Assembly: GCA_049303835.1 (NCBI GenBank)
Contig: JBAQNN010000001.1
Coordinates: 1,762-65,761 of the forward strand
From: Minisyncoccia bacterium
Lineage (GTDB): Bacteria; Patescibacteriota; Minisyncoccia; Phycocordibacterales; UBA9973
Reading direction: 5' to 3'
DNA length: 64,000 nt
Under the pieces are notes generated by a model. It ran no database searches, was not told where the DNA came from, and saw nothing but the letters and a program-made list of their open reading frames with translations. Shown here in pieces: positions 20,091 through 28,484 of the stretch. The position numbers were made by a program, and so were the translations under genes. The first letter of the stretch is position 1. Every line of letters starts with the position of its first letter.

Positions 20091-21512
20091 ATGATTGATG
20101 TAAAAAATCTCACAATAGAAAAAGCGTATGAGCTGATGAAGAATGGAGAACTGACTTCCGTGGAGCTGGTGTCAGCTTGTCTTCAAAATATTAAAGAAAA
20201 GAATACCGAGCTCAATGTTTTTTTGGAAGTTTTTTCTGGATCCGCCTATGGAGGAGATGATGCCTTGGCTCAAGCAAAAAATGCTGATGAAATAATAAAA
20301 AGTGGAAAGGGGACAAAGCTCACAGGTATGCCTATCGCCATCAAAGATAATATTTTGATAACGGGTAAGAAAAATAGTTCCGGTTCCAAAATGCTAGAAA
20401 ATTATATAGCTAGTTACGATGCTTTTGTTATAAAAAAATTAAAAGAAGCCGGGGCAGTTTTGATTGGCCGTACCAACATGGATGAATTTGCTATGGGTTC
20501 TTCTACAGAAAACTCTGCGTACGGACCAGTCAAAAATCCTTTTGATGCATCTAGGGTTCCAGGAGGTTCTTCGGGGGGTTCGGCGGCGGCAGTAGCCTCC
20601 GGGATGGCTCTGGCAGCTCTGGGGTCGGATACAGGGGGTTCAATACGACAACCGGCATCTTTTTGTGGTTTGGTGGGGATGAAACCCACATATGGAGCAG
20701 TCTCTAGATCCGGACTCACTGCTATGTCTTCATCACTTGATCAGATAGGGCCTTTTGCTAAAACTGGGGAAGACGCAAAAATAATTTTTGATTGTATTTC
20801 GGGTAAAGATGAAATGGATTCAACTTCTGTCGGTCTTGTCGCCCCCAAATCAGGTTTGGAGGCCAAAGTCATCGGCATACCACGTGATTTTTTGAAAGAA
20901 GGAGTTGGCCCCGAAGTTTTGCAAAATTTTGAGGAGACAGTAAAAAAATTAGAAAAAAGGGGATATAAAATAAAGAATATAGAGATGCAGTATTTAAAAT
21001 ATTCTTTACCTGTTTATTACATCATCATGCCGGCAGAGGTTTCTACCAACCTATCTAGGCTGGACGGGGTAAGATATGGGTTGAGGAAAGAAGGGGAGAA
21101 TGTTTTTGATAGTTATAAAAAAAGCAGATCAGCTGGTTTTGGTATTGAGACAAGGAGAAGAATAATCTTGGGGACTTATGTATTGTCTCACGGATATTAT
21201 GATGCTTATTACAACAAAGCATGGAAAGTTCGCAGGGCGATCATGAAAGAATACGAAGAAATATTTAGAGAGGTTGATTTTGTGATGACACCTACGACTC
21301 CGACGACAGCATTTAAATTCGGAGAAAAAAAAGATCCGGTGCAGATGTATTTGTCGGACATTTTTACTGTTTCAGCCAACCTGGCGGGGCTTCCGGCTAT
21401 ATCTATTCCGTCTGGTATTGACGACTCCGGTCTGCCTATCGGTGTTCAGTTTACCGGACCACTATTTTCTGACGAATCATTATTTACCTTAGATAAAGAT
21501 TTAAGAGAGTAA
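20091..21512 (+). CDS. gatA: Asp/Glu-tRNA(Asn/Gln) amidotransferase subunit A (amidase signature family)
   Basis: 'GGSSGGSAAAVASG' amidase signature, Ser-cisSer-Lys triad context, 473 aa. Confidence 0.93.
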   Translation: MIDVKNLTIEKAYELMKNGELTSVELVSACLQNIKEKNTELNVFLEVFSGSAYGGDDALAQAKNADEIIKSGKGTKLTGMPIAIKDNILITGKKNSSGSKMLENYIASYDAFVIKKLKEAGAVLIGRTNMDEFAMGSSTENSAYGPVKNPFDASRVPGGSSGGSAAAVASGMALAALGSDTGGSIRQPASFCGLVGMKPTYGAVSRSGLTAMSSSLDQIGPFAKTGEDAKIIFDCISGKDEMDSTSVGLVAPKSGLEAKVIGIPRDFLKEGVGPEVLQNFEETVKKLEKRGYKIKNIEMQYLKYSLPVYYIIMPAEVSTNLSRLDGVRYGLRKEGENVFDSYKKSRSAGFGIETRRRIILGTYVLSHGYYDAYYNKAWKVRRAIMKEYEEIFREVDFVMTPTTPTTAFKFGEKKDPVQMYLSDIFTVSANLAGLPAISIPSGIDDSGLPIGVQFTGPLFSDESLFTLDKDLRE

Positions 21513-21531
21513 TAAGATATATGATATAATT

Positions 21532-22173
21532 TTGTATATGGAAACAGCAGCGGAAGATAATCTATTGGGTGGCACTGTTTTTGATTCTCAGTATTTTAAT
21601 CCAGAATATTTGTTCAATCAGGGGATGATATGGGCTAGAGAATTTATACAGTACATTACTAGCGATCAAGCCATAAATATCGGGAAAACTATCCTCTTCT
21701 TTCTCGCTATGTTTTTTTTGACGATTATTTCTTATGTTATCGTTCGTATGTTGGAAATCAGGAAAAAAGAACATGACCATTTACATCATGAGATACACGA
21801 ATATGCTCACAATAAGGCAGAGTATGAAAAAAGATTGCATGAAGAAGTCGGAGGTTCAAAAAACGAGCATTGGGGGACGGTTTTGAGTTATCTTTTTTCC
21901 CAACACAAGAGCGACTGGAAACTCGCCATCATTGAAGCGGATACCATGTTGGACGGATTGATGGACCAACTCGGTTTTCATGGGGAGAGTTTGGGAGATA
22001 AATTGAAATTGGCCAATCAAGAAAATTTTCCACAACTTACTACTGCTTGGGAGGTGCATACTGTCAGAAATAAGATAGCGCACGAAGGGCTTGCCTTTGA
22101 ACTTTCGCAACATGAAGCAAAAAGAATCATCGCTCTATACGAGCAGATTTTTCATACCTATGGATATATTTAA
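21532..22173 (+). CDS. hypothetical membrane protein (one TM helix, His-rich linker)
   Basis: ORF with TM 'ILFFLAMFFLTIISYVIV'. No recognisable motif. Confidence 0.4.
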   Translation: MYMETAAEDNLLGGTVFDSQYFNPEYLFNQGMIWAREFIQYITSDQAINIGKTILFFLAMFFLTIISYVIVRMLEIRKKEHDHLHHEIHEYAHNKAEYEKRLHEEVGGSKNEHWGTVLSYLFSQHKSDWKLAIIEADTMLDGLMDQLGFHGESLGDKLKLANQENFPQLTTAWEVHTVRNKIAHEGLAFELSQHEAKRIIALYEQIFHTYGYI

Positions 22174-22252
22174 TTTCCAAGTTTGCTTTTTTTACAATTT
22201 AAGGTAAAATTGATAAGTGCCGTAGAAGGCATTTTTTAATGTTTTTTAACAA

Positions 22253-22278
22253 ATAGCGGGGTAGAGAAGAGGCATCTC
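22253..22278 (+). repeat. 26-nt direct repeat: duplicated 5' end (acceptor plus D-arm) of the downstream tRNA(CAT) gene
   Basis: 'ATAGCGGGGTAGAGAAGAGGCATCTC' occurs at 22253-22278 and again at 22337-22362. The upstream copy is followed by an unrelated inverted repeat (TCTCCAAAA...TTTTGGAGA). Confidence 0.7.
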
Positions 22279-22338
22279 CAAAAGGACTAATAGCGCGAAT
22301 AACTTTAAGGTTTTGGAGATTAATGTTTATTGCTTCAT

Positions 22339-22409
22339 AGCGGGGTAGAGAAGAGGCATCTCGTAAGGCTCATAACCTTAAGACTCACGTTCGATTCGTG
22401 ACCCCGCAA
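22339..22409 (+). tRNA. tRNA-Met/Ile2-type (anticodon CAT)
   Basis: Manual fold. Acceptor AGCGGGG/CCCCGCA (1:72 mismatch), D-arm GAGA-AGAGGCA-TCTC, anticodon arm TAAGG-CTCATAA-CCTTA, T-arm TCACG-TTCGATT-CGTGA. No encoded CCA. Confidence 0.7.
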
Positions 22410-22462
22410 CAAGTCCGGCCAAGTGACATGGCATGTCTAATTGTCGGATATAGTGTATAATT

Positions 22463-22535
22463 GTCGGCGTAGCTCAGTTAGTAGAGCACGGGACTCATAA
22501 GCCCGGGGTCGCAGGCGCACTCCCTGCCGCCGACA
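22463..22535 (+). tRNA. GC-rich tRNA with anticodon CAT, unusual D-loop (no GG) and T-loop (CGCACTC, no TTC)
   Basis: Manual fold. Acceptor GTCGGCG/CGCCGAC (perfect 7 bp), D-arm GCTC-AGTTAGTA-GAGC, anticodon arm CGGGA-CTCATAA-GCCCG, T-arm GCAGG-CGCACTC-CCTGC, discriminator A. A 9-nt duplicate 'AATTGTCGG' lies 15 nt upstream. Confidence 0.55.
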
Positions 22536-22561
22536 CCCTCAAAAAAGAGGAAGTGTTTAAA

Positions 22562-22584
22562 GAAAATTGTTTGCGATTGTAGCT
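22562..22584 (+). repeat. direct repeat: duplicated 5' end of tRNA-Asp plus its 5' leader
   Basis: 'AAAATTGTTTGCGATTGTAGCTG' at 22562 and 'AAAATTGTTTGCGATCGTAGCTC' at 22637 (the real tRNA start). Confidence 0.65.
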
Positions 22585-22646
22585 GTTTTGGCTAGTCTAA
22601 AACTAACAGGTCGCGATAGTAGTGTTCTTTGTTTTAAAAATTGTTT

Positions 22647-22720
22647 GCGATCGTAGCTCAACTGGTTAGAGCACTCGCCTGTCACGCGAGAGGTTGGCGG
22701 TTCAAATCCGCTCGGTCGCG
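22647..22720 (+). tRNA. tRNA-Asp (anticodon GTC)
   Basis: Manual fold. Acceptor GCGATCG/CGGTCGC, D-arm GCTC-AACTGGTTA-GAGC, anticodon arm CTCGC-CTGTCAC-GCGAG, T-arm GGCGG-TTCAAAT-CCGCT, discriminator G. Confidence 0.85.
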
Positions 22721-24343
22721 CAACATGAGATTAATTCTCTCAAATGACTTTTGAGCTTTACTGCCATTAGCTTTTTCCAGTTCCCACCCTGCGATAGCGG
22801 CCTCAATGGTATTCTTCTCTTTTGCAATCGGTTTTAGCCATTTCATACTGTCAATACTGAGTATTTTGTCTTTTACCACGCAGTTCCCACCCAGAGCTAA
22901 AAATATTTCTTTTTTAGTTTGAATGTCGCCTGCAATGAATCGTTCTCTGGCTGTTGAAGCAAAATTAAACGTCTTTTCAGTTAATTCTAGCCACTTATCA
23001 GCTCTGTTTTCTGTCTCACGAGCATTTTGTCTGAGTATTGCAATCTGCCCTTTTAGTTTCGTTTTTTCACTCAAAAACTGCTCATCATCAATGAGGTCTC
23101 GGTATCGCATTTGCGTTAATCGATCCAGTTGGCTTTGTGTTTCGTCAAGAGTTTTTTGTTGGGTGTTGGCTACTGCTGTTCTATCGCTGATTTCCTGATC
23201 ATTACTTCTTTTGATTATATCTATGGCCCAGTCTCTGAATTCGGGAGTAATGGTAATTTTTTCAAGTTCAGTTTTTATCTGACCTTCTAGCGATTTGCCG
23301 GTAGTGTAGTTATTTTGGCCACACTTACTACCCTTGTTTCTTCGCATACAATAATAATATTCGAAGGTGGCAAGCTTGCCAGTGCTTTTGATAATTTTCG
23401 TTTTTACAATCGCCGTCATACTTCCACCGCATTCACCGCAACGAATACAGCCAGTGAAAGCATGTTGATGCTTTTGAGGACGAGGCTTGCCTTTTTTGCC
23501 TAGGATTATCTGCGCTTTGTCGAATTCTTCCAGTGTGATCATCGGCTTATGGGTTCCTTCGTGCCATTCTCCTCGATATTTAAACATTCCAGTATAAAAG
23601 GCATTGGAAAAAAGCTCAAAGATACTACTGTGTCCGATTGGACCTTCGCCTCTTTTCTTTGTCTTTCGTGTTCTGAAACCCCAGACATTATTCATCATTT
23701 CAAGTATCTGAGTGGGGGAGTAGGCTTCAGAAAGAAGCATGTCCCAGGCTTTTCTGACTAAATCGAAACGATCTGGATCTACCTTGATGTAATTCTCGCC
23801 TCTGTTTTCGAATTTAGTATTTAAGTAGCCTAGTGGCGCAAGAAGCGGAGCCAGCCCTTTTGCAATCTTGCTGTTCACGCCTCTTCTGACATTTTTCTTC
23901 ATGTCTCGGATAAACTGATTAGCAGATCCAGTTTCAACACTGAGAATAAGGGCATTGTCATCTGGCAAATACTCTCGGCTCATTGTTTGGATTGATTTAA
24001 CAACTTCTTCTTGAAGTAACCATTGAATTGTCCCGCCGTCTACCGGATTGCGTGATAGTCGATTAATTTCCCAACACAAAATACCATCTGCTTCACCCGT
24101 CTTGATTCTTCGTATCATATCTTCAAAAACTTTACGCTTGAATGGTGCTTTTGCTGATTTTGATTCAAAAAGAATATCAACAATGTTAAGACCTTCATCC
24201 TTTGCCAAAATCTTTAAACTATTTATTTGATCGTCGATAGACTGGACCTGCCTTTCCGATGATTCGGAACTTTTTCTAGCATACAGGAAATATTTAATTT
24301 TACTAATTTCATTTTTCATATTATTTTCGATTAAACTTAACAT
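22682..24343 (-). CDS. large serine recombinase (phage-integrase-type resolvase/invertase family)
   Basis: N-terminal 'YLYARKSSESSERQVQSIDDQ' (catalytic Ser context Y-x-R-x-S), recombinase domain, zinc ribbon 'CIRCGECGG...YYYCMRRNKGSKCG', C-terminal coiled-coil. The last 13 codons are antisense to tRNA-Asp positions 22682-22720. Confidence 0.85.
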   Translation of the reverse strand: MLSLIENNMKNEISKIKYFLYARKSSESSERQVQSIDDQINSLKILAKDEGLNIVDILFESKSAKAPFKRKVFEDMIRRIKTGEADGILCWEINRLSRNPVDGGTIQWLLQEEVVKSIQTMSREYLPDDNALILSVETGSANQFIRDMKKNVRRGVNSKIAKGLAPLLAPLGYLNTKFENRGENYIKVDPDRFDLVRKAWDMLLSEAYSPTQILEMMNNVWGFRTRKTKKRGEGPIGHSSIFELFSNAFYTGMFKYRGEWHEGTHKPMITLEEFDKAQIILGKKGKPRPQKHQHAFTGCIRCGECGGSMTAIVKTKIIKSTGKLATFEYYYCMRRNKGSKCGQNNYTTGKSLEGQIKTELEKITITPEFRDWAIDIIKRSNDQEISDRTAVANTQQKTLDETQSQLDRLTQMRYRDLIDDEQFLSEKTKLKGQIAILRQNARETENRADKWLELTEKTFNFASTARERFIAGDIQTKKEIFLALGGNCVVKDKILSIDSMKWLKPIAKEKNTIEAAIAGWELEKANGSKAQKSFERINLMLRDRADLNRQPLA

Positions 24344-24370
24344 AATAATTATAGCACTTTATCTGTGGAG

Positions 24371-26365
24371 CTAGAAAGGCAAATCTTTCTGCTCCGGTGG
24401 TTGTTCTGGTAATTTTGGGGGAGTATTATCAACAACCTTTTTATCTTTTTCGACCTCTAGACCCAAACTGTCAATAAAACTATCAAGTCTAGTTTTAGGA
24501 GTATCCCCAAGATGCCTTGCTTGTTCCAAGGCGCCCACTTCTTTAAGCTGGGCATCTTCGGTGTTGAGGGCACCTTCGGGAAGTTTCCACTCCCAAAAAC
24601 CGTCTTTAAATGAAGAAGATTTTTTTGATTTAATGCCTAATTTTCCACGAGCATCTCTCAATGGTTTCGAGGTAATGCCAATTCTTTGAGCTTCCTTGAT
24701 CGCTTCGTCTGCCTTGGCTGGTCCTTCCGCTAAAAGATCAATCAAAAAATTGACAGCTTCATCGGTGGCAGTGTGTTGCTCTGTTGATTGAGAGAACGCA
24801 AGAGCTTCTTCCGTTGTAATTTCTACTGGTTCAGATTCCCAGGCAATTACGGGTTGTCCATTTTCTGCTTCAACAATAGAATAAGCAAGTCCAGTTTTAT
24901 CTTTTGCGATATTGTTTTTCAAAGGCATCAACAATCGACGCTCTGGATTTTCTTTGTCCTTCGTAACTATATAAGCAGTTCGGACAGCAGCGGTAAAGGC
25001 TAGTGAACCCATAACTCGATACGATGCATTACCTCCACTGTTTTTGTTAAGATGACTTACTAGAACAATCGCGACTTTGTGTTTTGATGCTAGTTCTGCT
25101 AAAGGTGCCAGTAGGCCTCGTATATCAGAATTATTATTACTATCTGCGCTATCCAAATACGCAGATATTGGATCAATAATAACTAGCTTACAATCTGGTA
25201 GGCTAGATAATAAATCTCCAAGCGTTGCGATGTCGCGCTTGAATGAAAACATATGCTGAGTTGATTCACTTTCAGAATCTATTATCTCTTCCTGTATTGC
25301 TTCCACTACGTGAATACGAGCACAGTCAGCCCCTGCTGCTTCAAGACGGGGCTTAATTGTATCCGCTGGATCATCCTCTGCCGATATCAATATTATGTCT
25401 CCAGTTGGAGGTATTGATTGATCAACTGGCCAAGCGTAACCTTTAGAAACATGAGCTGCCAAAGTGGCAGTAACTAGGCTTTTTCCAAGTCCTGGATCTC
25501 CTGCAACCATAGTAAGTTTTCCAAGAGCTATTCGTCCCTGCCATAACCAGCTAATCGGGACCGACTGTATATCAGTAAAGCATTTTACTATGGCTTTACC
25601 TTTACTATATTTTACCTGCGATGTATTTCTTGCTTGTATTTTGTTACTTTGAACATGCAGTCTTTTAATGCTGTCCCAAGTACTCCTTAGTTCTCTGATT
25701 GCAAGAGGTTTTGGATTTTTAGTATTCCAGATTTGCAATTGTTCCCAACCTAAAATCTCCCACAATTCTGAATCCGTAGAACTTAGAATCTTGCCTGCCA
25801 TAGAGGCCGCTGTGTCGTTTCTGGAGCCTTCAGCGACACCATTTTTACCTAATAACCACTTCTTTTCGATCTTTTCTTCTGCATTTGCTGTTTTGGTAAT
25901 CCAAGTTGGCCACTCCGAAAAATCTGAATCAGACGGGGATATTTGCCACTCGTACTCTCCCTTGTCACTTACAGATGGAGCAGCTAAAACATAACCGCCG
26001 TCTCCGCGAATATCTGTTAACTCTTTAACTCTTGTGCCATTTGGAACCTCGTAACCAGGGTGTTTGTAGTAGAGGTGAATCCCATCGCCTCCTGTTTTTG
26101 CTGTAACGGTTGGAGGATAGCCTTGACTGTTTCCACCCTTTTCGATGTCCACCACAACTATGCCAGAAATCTTTCCTGTCACTATTGCAATATTCATCGC
26201 TGGATATTTTTCAATCCACTCCTTAATTTCCTCCGGAGTTGCTCGTTTGTTTTGATACTCCTTCCAGTTGATTAATGGTTTCTTGTCTGCACCGACTGGA
26301 ATCACCGAAAATCCTCTTGCCTCATAATCTAACGCTGAATCTAAAACATTTTTCATATTTTCCAT
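24371..26365 (-). CDS. bifunctional primase-polymerase (Prim-Pol N-terminal domain) fused to AAA_25/RepA-like P-loop ATPase
   Basis: 'RGFSVIPVGADKKPLINWKEYQ' and 'VVVDIEKGG' in the Prim-Pol domain. 'LTMVAGDPGLGKSLVTATLAAH' is a Walker A, with 'ILISAEDD' downstream. Confidence 0.75.
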   Translation of the reverse strand: MENMKNVLDSALDYEARGFSVIPVGADKKPLINWKEYQNKRATPEEIKEWIEKYPAMNIAIVTGKISGIVVVDIEKGGNSQGYPPTVTAKTGGDGIHLYYKHPGYEVPNGTRVKELTDIRGDGGYVLAAPSVSDKGEYEWQISPSDSDFSEWPTWITKTANAEEKIEKKWLLGKNGVAEGSRNDTAASMAGKILSSTDSELWEILGWEQLQIWNTKNPKPLAIRELRSTWDSIKRLHVQSNKIQARNTSQVKYSKGKAIVKCFTDIQSVPISWLWQGRIALGKLTMVAGDPGLGKSLVTATLAAHVSKGYAWPVDQSIPPTGDIILISAEDDPADTIKPRLEAAGADCARIHVVEAIQEEIIDSESESTQHMFSFKRDIATLGDLLSSLPDCKLVIIDPISAYLDSADSNNNSDIRGLLAPLAELASKHKVAIVLVSHLNKNSGGNASYRVMGSLAFTAAVRTAYIVTKDKENPERRLLMPLKNNIAKDKTGLAYSIVEAENGQPVIAWESEPVEITTEEALAFSQSTEQHTATDEAVNFLIDLLAEGPAKADEAIKEAQRIGITSKPLRDARGKLGIKSKKSSSFKDGFWEWKLPEGALNTEDAQLKEVGALEQARHLGDTPKTRLDSFIDSLGLEVEKDKKVVDNTPPKLPEQPPEQKDLPF

Positions 26366-26387
26366 ATAATTTTAATTTAATAATTGC

Positions 26388-26918
26388 TTATAAGTTTCTA
26401 TCCTCCGGTTCGACATAGGACATACCTATCAGCCGGAATAACTCTGCTTCTTCGCGCAGTTCATATTTCTCGCCGTTACGGTATAAGTAACCGCCCGAAC
26501 TATTAAATCCATTTCGGACCCAACCATTCGCTAAAACGTAGTGGCTGTAATCCGCTGAGCCAGTTCTAATTGCCAACACAGATCCCCAATTTCCTTCTTC
26601 TGCAAAGAACAAATCGAGTTTTATTCCTTCCGGTAAAACGCGCTGAGTGTATTTACAGGGAAGTTCTCCTTTAATTTTCTTCCATTTATTAACGACACTA
26701 GCGATGCCATCTTCCAAAAGCCCCACTGAATATGGTTTTGGAATTGCCACGATTTCTATATCTTTGACCTCTGACTTTTGTCTTCGAATACTTCCAGCAA
26801 TTTCAGCGCGTATGCAATACGGCTTCAACTGCTCTAACACTTTTAACGCTATTGCTTGCGCCTCCGCTAAGGGATAGCGTTTTTCTACTACTTCATTTTT
26901 TACATTTTCTTGTTTCAT
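26388..26918 (-). CDS. minimal DNA polymerase beta-like (PolX family) nucleotidyltransferase, palm plus thumb only
   Basis: 'AGSIRRQKSEVKDIEIV' is the GS-x-RR...D-x-D/E Pol-beta signature. Third carboxylate in 'IKLDLFF'. C-terminus 'YVEPEDRNL' resembles the Pol-beta C-terminus '...REPKDRSE'. 176 aa. Confidence 0.65.
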   Translation of the reverse strand: MKQENVKNEVVEKRYPLAEAQAIALKVLEQLKPYCIRAEIAGSIRRQKSEVKDIEIVAIPKPYSVGLLEDGIASVVNKWKKIKGELPCKYTQRVLPEGIKLDLFFAEEGNWGSVLAIRTGSADYSHYVLANGWVRNGFNSSGGYLYRNGEKYELREEAELFRLIGMSYVEPEDRNL

Positions 26919-26943
26919 GTTTTTTATTTTTAAACTAATAATT

Positions 26944-27126
26944 TTATTGACGAGGAGAGTTTTGAGTTAAGTTAGACTCTTTCTCGACTAATGGTTTATA
27001 GACAATAGACACCAATCGCAAAAGCTTCCCGCCTTGATCAAGGGCATCCTCTCTGCTGATATTGATTCCAAAGATTTTTTTATAAAGCTCCTGGAATTTG
27101 GCTATGTCTTTGTCTGATAGGACCAT
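26944..27126 (-). CDS. small hypothetical protein (60 aa)
   Basis: ORF in operon position between PolX and the upstream gene. No motif. Confidence 0.3.
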   Translation of the reverse strand: MVLSDKDIAKFQELYKKIFGINISREDALDQGGKLLRLVSIVYKPLVEKESNLTQNSPRQ

Positions 27127-27303
27127 AATAAGTTTCTTATTTTTAATAAGTGAAACATTTCGACGGTGTTTCAGAAGATCCTTGGATTAAAGGGCCTCTA
27201 TAGATATATGGCGAAATTCACGGTATAGAAAAGCAAAATAAAAAACCTTTACAGATTAAAGGTTTTTTGAGGTTATTTATTAAGAATTTAAAAACTAAAT
27301 TCG

Positions 27304-28374
27304 CTAGTCGTCTTCATCTTCTCTGTACACATCTGGATATTGTTCATTCAAATATTCTTTTATTCCCAGAGGATCATCTTCATCTTCCTTTTCCTCAATA
27401 ACGGTGTTCTTTGATTTTTCTTTTTTAGATTCCACTAAATCTGGTGGTGGAATTAACGTGATTTTTATTCTAAAAGATTCCATTTCTCTTTTTTGATAAG
27501 TGAATTTTTTCATTTTTTTACTGTCGTAGTCTTTATAAGACTCTGTTCTGTTGTAAGGATAAAATGGATCATATTCAATCAAAAAATAATTTTCAAGGAC
27601 TTTCGATAATATTTCTTTCTGTTTTTTGTATGCAGTTTTTGCCTCCGGGTCTCGTATAGTAAGTTCACCGTTTCGTTTTGCTAACACTTTTAAGAACGCC
27701 CAAGCTACGCTTGGTTCAGGATTTTTACCTCGTCCAATAAAACCCATTTCTCTATAAGTGGCAGTACGTTCAAATTTAAATACTTTGATCAAAACACTTT
27801 CTTCATCCAAAAATTTGATAATAAAATTTTCCCATTTTGTCCCCCTGGGTAGCTTGTGTGGAAATCGATATTTCTCTTCTTCCTTGTCATTAATTATTAT
27901 TTCTGGAGAATTTTGTTTCGTTTGAGTAAGTTCTAATGTATTTATTAACCTCCTACCTTCGCCTATTATTTCTTCTATCTCTGGTATCGGGTCTTGCATG
28001 ACAGCTACTGCAAATTCTGAAAGTTCCTTGATTTTACCGTAATTATTAGTAACCTCCTTCCTTGCGTACTCAGCATCTTTACCTTGGTCTTGTAACTCCT
28101 TTTCTGCCACAAGTAAACTTGTAAAAAGTATATAATTCTTTGATAACTCTATTTCCTTTTTGGCTATCATGGCGTCTAAATGTAATTCTTTGACTAATTT
28201 TAGTATAGTTGGCTTCAGTTCGCGTATGTAAAAAATGTTTAAATTCTTAGTTGATGGATGGGTTGGTTTGTTTAAATAATTATAAATAACATCTTTATAT
28301 AATTCATAAATATGTAAAAGGGCGTTGAGTTTTTGCTTTTGTTTTGGCTGTTTAAGATAGGATAAATATGACAT
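27304..28374 (-). CDS. hypothetical protein (356 aa), acidic C-terminus
   Basis: Long ORF with host-like codon usage, divergent from the methyltransferase gene. No recognisable motif. Confidence 0.45.
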   Translation of the reverse strand: MSYLSYLKQPKQKQKLNALLHIYELYKDVIYNYLNKPTHPSTKNLNIFYIRELKPTILKLVKELHLDAMIAKKEIELSKNYILFTSLLVAEKELQDQGKDAEYARKEVTNNYGKIKELSEFAVAVMQDPIPEIEEIIGEGRRLINTLELTQTKQNSPEIIINDKEEEKYRFPHKLPRGTKWENFIIKFLDEESVLIKVFKFERTATYREMGFIGRGKNPEPSVAWAFLKVLAKRNGELTIRDPEAKTAYKKQKEILSKVLENYFLIEYDPFYPYNRTESYKDYDSKKMKKFTYQKREMESFRIKITLIPPPDLVESKKEKSKNTVIEEKEDEDDPLGIKEYLNEQYPDVYREDEDD

Positions 28375-28484
28375 TGTTTTATTGGGATATTTATAAAGCG
28401 GGGGGAAAGTTTTTCCCGTAATTAAATTATAACAGAGATTAACCCTCCTGTGTATCTACTATTGGTTCAATTTTAAAAACTGAC

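Noticed and set aside
22253-22362. Two identical 26-nt direct repeats, considered as a minimal CRISPR-like array
   Set aside because: There are only two copies. The repeat is the 5' end of a tRNA gene, and the spacer contains an unrelated inverted repeat. No cas genes are present, so this is a tRNA-fragment duplication, not CRISPR.
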